Source: the human T2T-CHM13v2.0 reference genome, Homo sapiens
Assembly: GCF_009914755.1 (NCBI RefSeq)
Contig: NC_060925.1
Length of the DNA stretch: 64,000 nucleotides
Direction: 5' to 3' (one strand)
This document shows positions 37,301 through 51,722 of this stretch, in pieces (within the stretch, counting starts at the first letter, position 1; each line of letters opens with the position of its first letter). The notes below the pieces were generated by a model. The model worked only from the letters and a program-made list of their open reading frames with translations. It had not been told where the DNA came from and did not search any database. The position numbers were made by a program, and so were the translations under genes.

Positions 37301-38232
37301 GAATGAATGAATTCATGAATGAATGAAATGCAAAGCCCTGCTCTGAACAGCTTTGGCTAAAGACCTGAGGAATGATTAATGCTAAGGAAAAAAGGGGAAG
37401 ACTTAAATTAATGAACCACTGCTCCCTCTCAATCCCATGCTGCAGAGCTGAGTCCAAGGGGAAAAAGCCACATGCCCCGGCGTAGGAAAGGGTGACTTGT
37501 CACTTCAGCAGGTCCCACTTTTCACCCCTGCCCTTGGCCACCTCCACAGTGGCATGGTTTTCTAGTCCAGGGTGGTGCTGCTGTGTAGCAGATGCATGTG
37601 GTGTGGGCTGATGGCCCAGAGCACAGCTCTTCTCTAGCTCTTCCCCTCCCCCCAGCACTGAAACAGCCTCCCCGTCCTCCTAGCAAGTTGCTAAAATTAA
37701 AACTTAATCAAGCCAGCTCACTTGGGGATGTGGAATAATTTTGCAGCTCACCCCAGAGAGCAGGGAACTGCTGGGGCAGACAGTGTGAGAGCTGCGGGCG
37801 GCACCTCCACCTTCTTGTGGTCCTCCTCCAAACTCCTGTTGGATGGAAAAACTGTGCTGCCTGCCTCCTGCTGGCTTGGTGATTGCCTCAAAGGTGAAGA
37901 GTCCTGGCCTGTAATGTCTCCTCTGTGACACTGGCCTAGGGATGGGGATAGGACCCCTGGGACAGTTTCTTCTCTGGCCAGTTCTGCCATTTTCCCTAGA
38001 TGCTAAGCAACGGTTACACTAGTGTCCCCTTTCCAATAAATTCTGGGCCTTCAAGCCTAGAATTCCCAAGGCATCTCTAGAGGTCCCGTTAAAACAATGC
38101 CATCATGACAGACATATTTGATATGTTTGTCTCATCCTTTCCAGTTGTGCCTACCCTACCCACAGTCCAGATACTTTCATAAGGGTCTTCATGGTTCTTG
38201 GCACGTATCTATATGATAATCTCCCCTTCCCT

Positions 38233-38233
<1 letters not shown>

Positions 38234-38263
<30 letters not shown>
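38234..38263. repeat. (CA)n microsatellite
   Basis: Seen directly. Confidence 0.98.
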
Positions 38264-38271
<8 letters not shown>

Positions 38272-39334
38272 GCATTGTTAATACCTGGTCATTCTGTGCT
38301 TAGAGACCAAGGTTTTCCTGTATAAAACAACCCTAGGAGTCTCAACCACCAGTGTGGGATAATATCCTCAAGTCTTGAGGGAACATCAGGTCTCATCAGG
38401 GTGTGATCAGCCCACAGTTTGTGCCAGTTCCTTTCATCCGCCTGTGGGTGACAATCCCTTCTTGTCCCATCACCACCATGTGATAATCCTCGCCTCCAGC
38501 CTTAATATTGTCTAATTGTATGAGACAATCTGTCCAAACAGGTCTTCCTGTGTTAAGGTCAGACCTCGTGAGTATGTGATCATCCCCATCCCTTTCCTTG
38601 GTACATGCAAATCTCTCCATTCCCCCAAGTTCAACAATTCCCCTCATCCCTGGTTCATTTACTAGCCACCTTATTGAGCACCTACTATAGTGCTGCAAGC
38701 ACCCCTTTTCTCGTGTCTCCCCTCTTTCTGCTGGAAGTTGCTTCCTAATTGTTAGGATAAATCTTTCTGCAAAGGTAATTATAATTCTTCTCATCTGAAC
38801 TCCCGAGGGATCTGGACTGGCGCCAAAGGCAAAGGTGCTTGATACTTGGAAAGCTGCTTGTGCTTCCACGTTAAGCAAAAACCAGTGGGGAAAAGCCTGG
38901 CCTGGCCAAGTAGGCTGCTGGCTGGAGCCATGGATCAGCCATGGCCTGGCCCCGACCGAGCTCTGACAGTGGTTGCTTCCGGAGACCCAGGCGTGCCAGA
39001 AGGAAAGCAACATTTACTATGGGATATATTTGGTGAGTGGCGAAGGTCCCTATTTCTTTCATTTATAGATTCATCCTTCCAATCTACACTTTTTTCTGGG
39101 TTCCTAGAAAAGAAAGAACCATTGGCAGATGTGTGGTGTAACTCCAGAGGTCCACATGCTCTTGATAATACCGTCCTACCCCAAGCTCCAGCACACACAG
39201 CCTCACCACCCAATTCTGCCCAAGAGTGTACCAGGACCGATGTCACCAAGCTCTCCATTTGCTTCAGTCACTACACAAGCTCCCTGACTCCCAGGAAGCC
39301 TTCGTTCCTGTAGGGCTCTGTATACCCCATTATC

Positions 39335-39770
39335 TAGTGGTGCTCAACCTTGCTTGCATATTGGAACCACTAAGTAAACTTTCAAAAATACTGATATCCT
39401 TGAAGTCCCCCTCCCTGCCAGATCATAAGGAAATTGATTCTGGAGCGCAGGCTCACAACTGGGAGTTTTCATTTTCCTGGTGATCCTAATGTTGTGCAGC
39501 CGTGGTTGAGACCTGCTGCCCTCATCTGACCCCATGTCTGACCCCTCAACTGCCACAACCCATCAAAACCCTCTATACCAGGGATTCTCAAACTTACTAT
39601 CATCAAGTCTTTCAACAGGACTTGTTAAAACATGGATCGCTGGGCCCCACGCCCAGAGTTTCTGATTCGGTAGGTCTAGAGACCCCCAAGGATGCGCATT
39701 TCTGAGAAGTTCCCAAGTGGTGCTGATGGTGCTGCTGTTCCAAGGGCCACACTCAGATAATCGTTTTCAA
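39335..39770. mobile_element. Two adjacent MER5-family (hAT-Charlie) MITEs (~39335-39518 and ~39579-39770)
   Basis: gctgggccccacgcccagagtttctgattcggtaggtct; ggtgatcctaatg...ggttgagacc. Confidence 0.75.
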
Positions 39771-39774
39771 TATC

Positions 39775-41497
39775 CTGCTCATTTGGTTCCTTGACCTTCT
39801 CTCCCCCAATAAACTTGTCCTCTATCCCACCTCAGTCACAGACTCTGATATTCATCCCGAAATCTTGTCATTACCAGTAATTATACCCCTTCCTAATAAC
39901 CAACTTAAACATCCTGCTCTCCAACTGCCAATTTACTCCTGGTAGTGACCCAATTCCAACTCCAATGGGAAGGACTGCACCCTATTGACCCTGCCTGCCT
40001 TTCATGTCCCCCACCCCATCTCACCTAACTTCTTTCCTAATGTAGCTTAGATTATCTTCTAGTAATTGTCTCCCTGAATCTCACCATCAGAGCTTCCCTT
40101 TCTGCTGGAAGCTCTGATGCACACAAACGTGCAAAAATATTTACCATCTATTTTAAAAGCCTTCCATTTCCCCCTGTAGCTACCTCTCCATTTCTCTGTT
40201 CCCCTTTAGGTCACCCCCTCTCCTTTCATTCTCAGGTGAACCCTCACTAGTCAGATTTTTCCCTATCCTTCCTGTGAAATGGCTTTTGTCCAGGTCACTA
40301 GTGACCTCCCTATTGCCAAATCCAACAGCCAGTCCTCAGTGCATATCATACTCAATCTGTCACTCCCGTCTTCTAGAAACACTTTCCTCACTCCGCTTCT
40401 AGGACACACCCTCTGTTGGTTCTCCTTCTTCCTCACTGCTTGTTCCTCTTGCTGGTTCCTCCTCCTTTCAGTGATGCTAAACTTTGGAGTACCCTTGACT
40501 TAGTCCTCAGATTTCCCTTCTCCTTTATCCGCACTACCTTCCCAGGTGATCCCTCCAGGGCTTCATACCAGCTCCATGGTGACTCCCAAATTTATATCTC
40601 TAGCCTAGACCTCTCCCCTGAACTACAAATTCACCAACTCCACTGCTTACTGGACATCTCCAATTGGATGTCTAACAGGCAGCTCAAATGTTAAGTCCAA
40701 AACTGAACTCCTTATTCTAACTGCACAGGATCAAATGATTATGTCCTTTATCTCTACCCTGCCCGTCAATAGCCACTCCAGTCTTCCAGTTGGATCAGGC
40801 CAAAACATTGAAGTTATCCTGGACTCTGGTCTCCCACACCATTCATACTGCCTATCAGCAAATCCTGTTGGTTCCCAAATCTGACAGCTTCTCTCTGGAC
40901 CAAGCCACTACTACTATCTCTCACCTAGACAATTTCAACAGAGTCCTTAGGTTTTCCTGCTTCTACCCTTGTTCCGGCCCTTTTAATACATAAATCAAAT
41001 TCTGTGACTCCTCTGGCTTGCCATTCGTTCAAAGTAAGATCCAAACCTCTCTACAGGCATGAGAGACCTACCCTCTCTGGCCTCCCTGCCCTCTGGGCTC
41101 ACAGGCTACACACGCTGCCCTTGGGTCTCCACCTTAGCCTTTTAGTTCCTTAATTAACAGCTTAGAGCCTTTGCTCTTGCAGTTCCCTTGGGCTGGAAGT
41201 CTCTTTTCTCAGACGCTCCTTCCTATGTCTAAATTCTGCCTGTATCTGGAGACTTCCCTAACACACCCCCGCTGCCACCCGCATCTCACATACTCCCCAC
41301 CTGGCACTCTCTGGCTCCTTGTCTTGCTCTCTTTTTCTGGGTGGACTTGTGTCTGAAATATGTATTGATTTGCTGATTGTCTGTCTCACCCACTGGAATG
41401 TAAGCGCTGCAAGGAGAACTTTGTTCTGTTCACTGCTGTTTCCCCAATGAGCGTGTATGATAGGTGCTCAATGAGTACTTGTTGAATTAATTAATTA
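39775..41497 (+). mobile_element. L2, long 3' segment
   Basis: gtcactagtgacctccctattgccaaatccaa, gactcccaaatttatatctctagcc, ggacatctccaattggatgtctaacaggc; 3' end taggtgctcaatgagtacttgttgaatt. Confidence 0.85.
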
Positions 41498-41499
41498 AT

Positions 41500-42930
41500 G
41501 GAAGCGTGTTTAGACCTTTCCTCCCCAGCGGCTGCAGCTCTGTACAAGGAGGTGTCCCAGGCTGCCTGTCTCCATTCTCTAATAGCCTCCTGGCCACCAC
41601 CTGGGCATCCCCCTCCCCAGAGCCTGCCAGACCATTCTAATTGCCGCTGCTGCTGAGGGAGGGAGTCTCTAAAGAGAGAGGAGGGAGGGAGGAGCTCCAT
41701 CTGGTGTCCAGGAAAATAAGGGAGCCAGCTTTGGTCTGCGGCTCCAGGTCCACCCTGGAGTCCACAACGTGGGGCTCGGGAGCCAGGGGCGAAGCACCCT
41801 TCGGGCATAGACGGGCCCTTGGCTCTTCTGTCCTGTCAGAGAGTGGGCCTGGGGGCCCCATAGAGGCCCCTCGATTTGGCCAACTGAGCGGGACCCAGCA
41901 CAAGGCCTCCAGGCTGCAGAAGGCTGTGGGGGTGGGGGTGGGGGTGGGGGTATCGGGAGACAATAGGAGAGCCCAGAGCCAGCTCTCCCTTTCCACCAGC
42001 CCGAGTGACACAGTGACACAAAGGGAGAGTCTTGTGCTTGGGGGAGGGGGTGGGGAGAGCCCTTTGTCCCGCTATTTTCTACATTGCTGGGGGTGGGGAG
42101 TGGGAAGGGTGTGGGGGGGTGACCAGCGGCTGTCAGTATGGGGAGGAGTAGAGAGTGGTGCAGAGGCCCTGGAAAGTTTTTGAATTTCAATCAGGTTGGC
42201 TTTGAAAGAGTTTGGCTTTTGTTGAAAGAAAGAGAAAGGTTAATGCTAGAGTTGAGGGGGAGGGGGTGGATTCTGCAGATAGAGTCCTGTTTGCAGGCCG
42301 GTCAGCTGTGGGACACCCAGGCTGGCAGAAAGGCTGGGGATGGGTGAGCAGAGGAGGAGCAGGCGTCCCATTTCCCTTCCCGGGCCCAGGTGGAGGAAGG
42401 CTGGGCAGAGAAGCATGGGGTTATTGGGTGTGGGCAGAACTGGTCAAGAAAGGAAAGCAATGCGGCCAAGCAGGACAATTTCTTTCTTCCTTTTGCATGC
42501 CTTACAGAGCCTTTGACTTTTTAAGCCAGGGAAGAATGAAGTTCCCTCCCTCTCTCCCCTCCGTTTCTACTCCACCCAAGCACAGCGGCGGCGGCAGAGC
42601 ACTTGCCAGGGCTGACTTTGTGACAAGTGCAGGCTTGGTTGGTGCAGGAGAGGGGGGCTGGGTGGCTTGGGACCTCTTAGTGCTCAGGAATCAGCTGTTT
42701 TCTCCGCTCTTACCCTCTGCTGACCCTCCTCTGCACTCTAATTGCTCCAAAAAGAAGCATAAAAATGTGGAGCTATTATACTCTTTGAAATAGGCAGCAT
42801 ACTGCTTTCTCAATGTTGGGAGAAAAAGAAGGAGGAGGAAGGGAGCTACAGCCACGCAGCAGGCTAGAGATCTGCAATTCCAAGTTGGGGAGTGGGCACC
42901 TGGCATTCCCCAGCTGACTTCACACCACTG
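41500..42930. promoter_or_regulatory. GC/G-rich unique region, candidate promoter or enhancer
   Basis: Repeat-free; many G runs including (TGGGGG)4 at 41927-41950; gcggcggcggc at ~42584-42594; several CAGCTG E-boxes. Confidence 0.35.
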
Positions 42931-42932
<2 letters not shown>

Positions 42933-42980
<48 letters not shown>

Positions 42981-43012
42981 TGTAAGGCTCCTGGCTGCAG
43001 TATGATCCTTTG

Positions 43013-43060
<48 letters not shown>

Positions 43061-43087
43061 CATACACGCTCACACACACACATACAC
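42933..43087. repeat. (CA)n and compound (TC)n(CA)n microsatellites
   Basis: 42933-42978 and 43013-43087. Confidence 0.97.
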
Positions 43088-43626
43088 TTTATGAGGCTCC
43101 TGGCTAAGGCTGCCGCATGATCCAGTGTTCTGGGAGTCCCAGTGTATTCTGGGAGTCTACTGGGGCAGTCAGTTCTCTAAATGGCACCACTGTGTGTTCT
43201 CAGCTCTAGGGGTTCTACAACCATAAAGATAACTCCAGAACCAATCCCTGAATTCCAGCCTGAAAATATTTGAGAGGAGAAAGATCAGAGGAAGAGGGAA
43301 AGAGAATATAAAAATGGGATTATTCTTATTTTGACATGTAATAACCATCTGCATGGTATTAGGCCTCATCTTCCTGGAGCAAATATTCATGCACTAAATA
43401 ATTTGCTCAGCATTCCTTGTGTTAGACATTGTGCCAGGCCCTAGGAGACACAGAGGAAATAAGAGCTGTCCCTGCCCTGAAGGAGCTTATTCTTAAACAG
43501 AAAAGCAAATGGAGAATAAATAATTCTAATCCAATGAGATAATATCACACATGCCACACAATACATTGTAACATACATCACATTTAACTTCATTTGACAA
43601 GCGAATACTACAGAAAAACGTGTGAA

Positions 43627-43863
43627 TTATTATTATTATTATTATTAAATTATTATTTTAGAGACAGAGTGCTAACTCAGTCGCCCAGGCTGGTGTGCAG
43701 TGATGAGATCGTAACTCACTGCAGCCTTGACTTCCTGTGCTCAAGCGATCCTCCTGCTTCAGCCTCTCCAGTAGCTGGGACTATAGAAGCACGTTGTCAT
43801 GCCTGACTAATTTTTTCTATTTTTATTTTTGGAGAGATGGGGTCTTGCTGTGTTGCCCAGGCT
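43627..43863 (-). mobile_element. AluJ, 5'-truncated, (TTA)n tail
   Basis: Right arm, linker and part of the left arm. Confidence 0.9.
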
Positions 43864-43929
43864 GCATTTTTTAAGATTTCATTGATATTTTTTACTTTAA
43901 TGTTGGGTGCATTTGAAGTGTTTACCAAG

Positions 43930-44351
<422 letters not shown>

Positions 44352-44601
44352 TTAGTGTGCTGGGAAGACCTCCATGCCCACACTGCCCTCATCCAATACC
44401 ACATTAAAAGTATTTTGCTGGTTTACTTGTCCATCTGATTTGCAGCCACATATAATCTCAGACACCCCCTGTTCCGCCCTCTGCCACATCACCTCCCACA
44501 GGAGAGAAACAGCTATCCCAGGCCATTCTGTTCCCCTTTCAAGGCCAGATCTGAGGTGAAGAGAAGGCATTGAGAAAGTTAACCCAAGGAAGAATTTTAG
44601 G

Positions 44602-45108
<507 letters not shown>

Positions 45109-45884
45109 TAGATCTTCCTGATGCACTTCAAAAATAACTTGCTCTGGTAGAAGCCAGGGGGCTAATGGGGGCCAATCCAGCCCAGCACCTAAGTCTTTTG
45201 GTTAGTTCTTGGGCTAATCTGCCCAAGGATGTGGATATGAATGGCTGGGACACGGACACTTTTAAGGACCCCGTTATCTGGGATGTCTGGGCCCTGACCC
45301 TTCTGAGCCTTGACTGGCCCCCTGTGCTCATATTCAGAGCATGGGACCTGGCAGAAGTTCGAGGGGCTGATCCAGTATGGCAGGTCCCTTTGAGAGTCCT
45401 CTTAGGGATCCGGGTTTGTGACAGCACATGACACGATTTGGCTCTCTGGAGCTTCTGGGTGGGCGGGTATAATGAAAGGATGGTTAGAATTGGAAAGAGC
45501 AGTGAGGGAGAGAGCAAAGTCCCCTCTTCCATATCTGATTTTGTAAGCAGCTTCTGATACCTCAGTGACAAGATCCCAGCACCTGTGTCTCATTGGCATC
45601 AGTATCTTTTTTGGCACAGACCGAGAATCTCTTTTTGGAAAATTCCCTTGCCAAAAGCACGTGACCATATCTGTCTTAAGAAGCTGGCACCTATCCTTTT
45701 TTTCAAATTTGTCTCTGGCCTCTCTTCCCTCTCCCAATGTTCCCTTTCACCTTGAGCTAGAAACATGTGGTATCCTCAGGGCCATTTCAGATTGATGCAA
45801 CCACATCACTGGTTCTGACCTGTAAAAGTAAAGGCTAAGAATTCCTTTCAGAGGGGAAGAAAAACTATCATGAACTAGACATGA

Positions 45885-46105
45885 AATAGCCAAGCACTGT
45901 GCCCCTCGCTTTCCATGATGCTCCTCATTTATCGTTACAGCAACCCCATACACTATATGTTACTTCCCCCATTTTATAAGTAAGGAAGCTGGAGTTGGGA
46001 GAGTTTGTCCCTCGTGCAGCATCACACAGCTTCTAAGTGGCAGTCAGGATTTGAACCCAGATCTGCCTGACTTCAGAGCACGTGTTTGCTGCTCTTTACC
46101 ACACT
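45885..46105 (-). mobile_element. MIR
   Basis: ccccattttataagtaaggaagctg...ggatttgaacccagatctgcctgacttcagagc. Confidence 0.85.
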
Positions 46106-46329
46106 GTATCAGGAGAGATCCTCTAGGTCCTGGCTCCCTCCCAGGCAACCCCAAGGAAACAGGACTCTGGCCAAGTCCACGAGCTTTGTAGGTCCTGGCT
46201 GGATTCCCTCTTGGTTAGACTCTGGTCAGGCCTTCCCTGATTTCTCCTGGCCAGCTGGCCTCTCCGCCTCCTTGGCTCTACGTGGGCTCCTGAGGGAGAA
46301 GGCAGAGTGAAGCCACCAGGCCTCTGGAC

Positions 46330-46720
46330 AGGTTGCAGTCAGCATCCGTTCCATCACGCGTTAACCCCTGCGGCTGGCCCGCAGCAGGGAAGCCCTCTTG
46401 CCTAGCTCTGCATGGACTGCTCGCTTGCCTGAGTTTGCATTATTTATTTAATGTCTTGTACCGTAAATAATGGTAACTTTATGGTTATTAGGAACGGGTT
46501 AAGGTACATGCGGGTAGCACCAGGCTGCCTTCAAAAGGAACAGTCCTGGCATAAAATGTTGCGATAATTGCTTCACTGCTGAGTGTTGGTCTTTATTTTG
46601 TGTCTGATTTGTCCCTTAAGCCAGCGTAACATTCTCCCCACGGCAGGAGAATGCAGAGAGCAAATTGAAGGGCTGAGCATGAACAATGCGACATGGCGCA
46701 CTGCTGGGTTTTTCTTTTTT
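46330..46720. promoter_or_regulatory. Candidate developmental enhancer / conserved non-coding element
   Basis: Repeat-free, CpG-retaining; TTTATGG and CATAAAA (Hox/Cdx-type), TATTTATT (Fox-type), CTTCAAAAG (TCF/LEF-type), AACAAT (Sox), TTTGCAT. Confidence 0.45.
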
Positions 46721-47574
46721 CCTCTTTCTTCGTTTCTCCCTTGACCTCCCTCCAATCCTCTCCGCTCCCCTCCCCCCATGCCCTGCCCCAGTCTCCGCCC
46801 TACTCTGGTTGGGAGAATCATTCTCCCCCATCCTTGACACCTCTAGAAGGTAGCCCATCATACCCCCTTATTTCCTTTTGTTGAAAATAAGGTTAATAGA
46901 GCACTCCTATTCCTTACCTCTTCTCTGGGCAGCAAACAAGACAAAACAAAAAGATAAACACATAAAAGATGCCTTCTTTTCATGGACCCGGTGCCCAAGC
47001 AATGCCCAGGCACTCTAGCCCAGAAGTTATTGTCCCTTACATTTCTTAAAAGGATGTGGAATCCTGGCCAGTGCCCAGCATCACAGTGGTCAGAGAGGGC
47101 TGGGTGTGCAGAAGGACTTGGGAGGGTGGCAGGGTTGCTGGTGGCGGGTGTGGAGGGGTGAAGGGGGCAGAGTCTGCCAGCTCCTTCCTGATAGTGGGAG
47201 AGAGCGATGGTCTTCAGTGGCCAGTGGGACTCTTCCTCTTCTCTTCGGTCCATCACACCAAGGCAGGAAGGCCACTGGCACTGGCCGCCATGTGCCATAC
47301 ACATATTTCCCTTGTCTGCACAGGAGTGGAGTGAGGGCAGGGGTGGGGTGAGGGCCTCTCCACTCGGGGCAGCCTTTTGGTTTGCCAGAAGTGGATCCTC
47401 CTGGCCTTCATCTGTTTGCCCCTGGGGGTCATCTATCAGCCTCCAGCAATACCCTGCAGGCCGGATGGCCCAAGCCAAGTGAAACCTCTTCCCTGTAGCA
47501 GAAAGCAGGTCCAGCATCTCCCAAAACGGGCGCTCTGACTGACTGGGCTTCTTCGATGTTCAGAGAGCTTGGCC

Positions 47575-47770
47575 AAAGCACGAACACTGGAGTAGGAGCC
47601 AGAAGTCCTGTGGTCTTGTCTGAGCTTCCCCACTGACTTGCCCGGTGTGGTAAATTCATAGACACAGAAGTTCCTTGGAAACGTTCTGCCTCGGTTTCAT
47701 CTGTAAAATGAGGGCAAAAATCCCTGCCTTATGGGATTATTGGGGAGATCAAAAGTAGCTAATGAGTGAC
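47575..47770 (+). mobile_element. MIR
   Basis: tctgcctcggtttcatctgtaaaatgagg. Confidence 0.75.
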
Positions 47771-48319
47771 TACAGACTCCAGAACCAATCATAGATTGTT
47801 GATCACGGAGTCTCAAATAACCCATCATGCCCTCAGGCCAAAGGCCAATGACTATTTCTGGGTAAGTATGAGAAGCAGGTGGGACTGGAGGGGCAGCTGG
47901 GGTGGTACAATGACAAGGAGAAGAAGGAGGCAGAGATCCTCCAGCCCCATAGCTATCTTGGAGCAGAAAACCAGTGTTGCTGTCCTCCATGGGGCAGGCA
48001 TCAGGGCAGACCACAGGCTGTAACCCACCTTAGAGGAATGCCTTCTCCTAGCGGCCGGATCTCTTCCCTCCCTCCAGCCAAAACCCCTTCTTCTGCTTTG
48101 GCCCTTTCTCTTGCCATTCCTCCTCTTCCTCTAGGGCTTCTCCTTGGCTACAATGGAGGGGACAACAAAGTCCAAGCAAGTTGATATCCAGTGGCTTTAA
48201 GCTACAGGAGGCTGAGAGGATTTGTGTGTCTCTCCACTTACTCCACCTCTCCAGAGCCTAGTAACTCATCAATAGCGGAAATTTGAACAAAGTGGAGAAC
48301 CTGGGATGAAAGGAGAAAT

Positions 48320-49150
48320 GCTGCGGTGATTGGGGGTGGGGTGAAGGGGGAAGAGGGGATGGCTTTAATTAGGGCTTCTTGGCCTCGTCAGTCCTGGGGT
48401 TGGTCGGGGTAATCCAGTTAGAGTCCCAGCCTTTCATCTCAGCTGGCCGGCCTCTCGGGGGCCCTGTCAGAGCCTTTAGGGGGCAACAAGTAGCGGGCAG
48501 GCTTGGAGTGGCGTGGGGGTTGATACCACACTTACTTCCAGCTGGACGCAGAGGGGGGTACGGAATGAAGCCCCGCCAGCACAGCAGTTGGTGGTGAGCA
48601 GTGAAGTGGCCGGTGTGGGCGGCTTGGGCGCTGGGCGGCTGTCTCCTGACACCAGAAACTCTCTTTATGAAAGGATCAAGTCGGTAGCATTGTTCTCTGG
48701 CCAGGGAACCAAGGGCTCAGAATGCTCTTTTGTGTGGAGGTGCCCCCCCCCCACCACACTCCCCCTTCTTTTTCTCCCTTTGAGCCACTGCTGGCTGTGC
48801 CTCTGCCCCCATGCTTGGGGCGGGAGGCGATGGAGTGGTGGAGATGGGCTCGGGACAGACAGTCCTGGGGGAGCCATCTGTGCTGGGGTAGGATCCACTG
48901 GAGCTGAAAAATTAAACAGCATTTTCAATTAACTTTTCCTCTCTTGTTTGGGGGTGGGCGTGTGGGGGTGGTGGAGCAGGCTGGTTGAATTTAACCTTTG
49001 AAAAGCTGTGTGGAGCAGAGGAGGAGGGAATGACCTTTCTTTCCCGAGGCAGGGTTGGGCGGGGGTGGGGAGCAGTGGAACTGTTTCCTCGGGCCAGGCG
49101 GGGGACCCCCTCCTGGTGAATATTCCAGAAGCTCTTGGTGTCCTTGGCCC
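48320..49150. promoter_or_regulatory. GC- and CpG-enriched unique block with GC boxes
   Basis: Multiple GGGCGG/CCGCC motifs and local CpG enrichment at ~48440-48640. Confidence 0.35.
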
Positions 49151-50145
49151 CTGAGGTCCCATCTGTGTAGAGAGAGGGTTTGCTAGTGCATCTCCAGGGT
49201 GTTCGTTGTAAGGAGAGATGGGCGAGTCGTGTGGGGTCAGCAGGTGGATGAAGGCTTACTGCCGAGCAATGGAAATCTTTTTCACCCCTCCCTCAAAGGC
49301 TGCCCCTTTTCTCTACCCATCTTCCCTTCTGCTGCTCAGGAACGCCTGCATCTTAGTTTCCGCTCTTGGGCTGGGTGCCCCAAAAGATGGAAGAACATCC
49401 GTAGAAGGGACTCTGCTGTAGGTGGCGTTTGCTCTAAAGGCCTTTCTGTTCCTGTCTCATTGGCACCACAGAACGTAACACAACCAGAAGTCAGAGTCAG
49501 AGTCCAGTGTGTATCCTTCTCACATCTTGTTGCTGCATGCCCTGACCTTCTCCATTTTCCCTGAGAACTGGGAGCAGGTCTTCCTCACCCCTCTCTGATC
49601 TCTTTCTCACTCCACATAGTGACCAGAAGAGGGCTTTCACCTCTTCTTTAGACCCTCGTGGTGGAAAACTTCTGTCACCATAATGACTGTTTGTACCTGA
49701 AGAACACTCTGTAGTTTGCAAAGAACTCATGAGAGTCTTCTTTTAATCTGTGGGGACAGATGGAAAGGAGTAAGCCCTTTTTTATGATGAAGAAACTGGG
49801 ACTCAAGAGAGATTAATTTTGAAAAATGGGGCATCCCCTGGAGGGCACAGCAGCATCACTTAGGGGTCTTTTTCAGTTGTCCATCCCACCCAGAGATTCC
49901 ACGGTCCTCACTCCTCCTGCCCCTACCTTCACCCCAGAGTAGGGTTTCTTAATGAAATTATATCTTTTGCGTTTTCCTTTAGCTAAATACAGACAGTCCC
50001 ATTTACGGGTGTGAAAAATCAGGAAGTCTACTCAAGTGAGCTGAGGCAAAAGAGGTAATAAAGCCAATGGTTTCATTTGGGTTTTCACCAGTCCTGGTGT
50101 TTATCCGAGCAACAAGGAGGATGGTATTAGAAAATAGGCATAGGC

Positions 50146-50825
<680 letters not shown>

Positions 50826-50841
50826 TCAGCATAGAATGATT

Positions 50842-51205
50842 ACAGGTTCAATGCCTGTTACCCCAACACTTTGGGAGGCCAAGGCGGGAGGATCGCTTGA
50901 GCCCAGGAGTTTGAGACCAGCCTGAGGTACATGGCGAGACTCTGTCTCTATTAAAAAATAAAACAATTAGCCAGGCATAGTGGTGTGCACCTGTAGTCCC
51001 AGCTACTCAGGAGGCTGAGGTGAGAGGATTGCTTGAGCCCAGGAGGTCAAGGCAGCAGTGAATAGAGATCACGCCACTGCACTCCAGCCTGGGTGACAGA
51101 GTGAGACCCTGAAAAAAAAAAAAGGAAAGAGAGAGAGAGAGAGGAGGGAGGGAGGGAGAAAAGAAGGAAGGAAGGGAGGGAGAGAGGGAGGGGAAGGAAG
51201 GAAGG
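50842..51205 (+). mobile_element. AluJ with purine-rich (GA/GGAA) extended tail
   Basis: Diverged Alu; polypurine tract at ~51111-51205. Confidence 0.9.
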
Positions 51206-51369
51206 ATATGACATGAGCTGCTCCCTCAGCTACCCCAGGGCACAGTGGAGCAGCACCTTCCTCCCCAAACCTGTTCCTTGTCTTGTATTTCATGCTCAGT
51301 TAAGGACACTGCTCTCTAGCCTCAGCTTGGGGCACTCTCCTCTTCCTGGGCTAAGTTCAGCCAAACTGC

Positions 51370-51722
51370 TTTTCCTTCAGTTTGTCTAATACGCAGGCTT
51401 TGCTTTTCAGGACATTAACATCACCCTCCCTGACTCTTACCCCTCCTTCCTGTCTCAGTGAATTTTACTGCTCAAAGAAGCCTTTCTGTCCCAATGTACA
51501 TTTTGTCTTCCGGTTACACTTTCTCATAGCATTCTGTCCTTCCGGGATGTAACGTATCATGGTTTCTAGTGGCACGATGAGGTGGGGCAGTAGTTACCAT
51601 GTCTCCCCTACCAGTCGTTACGCACTGTGAGCACAGGTGTCCTGCTATTTTGTTCACTACTCTATTCCCAGTGCTTCTGGGAGGCACTAAGGGGCTTAAT
51701 ACGGTCAATGAATGAATGAAAG
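51370..51722 (+). mobile_element. L2 3' portion
   Basis: tttgttcactactctattcccagtgc...(TGAA)n. Confidence 0.6.

Noticed and set aside
38396-39313. Overlapping 205-aa and 155-aa ORFs
   Set aside because: No recognisable domain or splice context; part may be an ancient LINE remnant.
41491-43083. Cluster of 100-193 aa ORFs on both strands
   Set aside because: Expected in GC-rich DNA with few stop codons; low-complexity products, and the VCVC runs come from CA repeats.
46858-47517. Longest ORF in the window (219 aa, minus strand)
   Set aside because: No domain resemblance, overlapping ORFs in several frames and no supporting exon structure.
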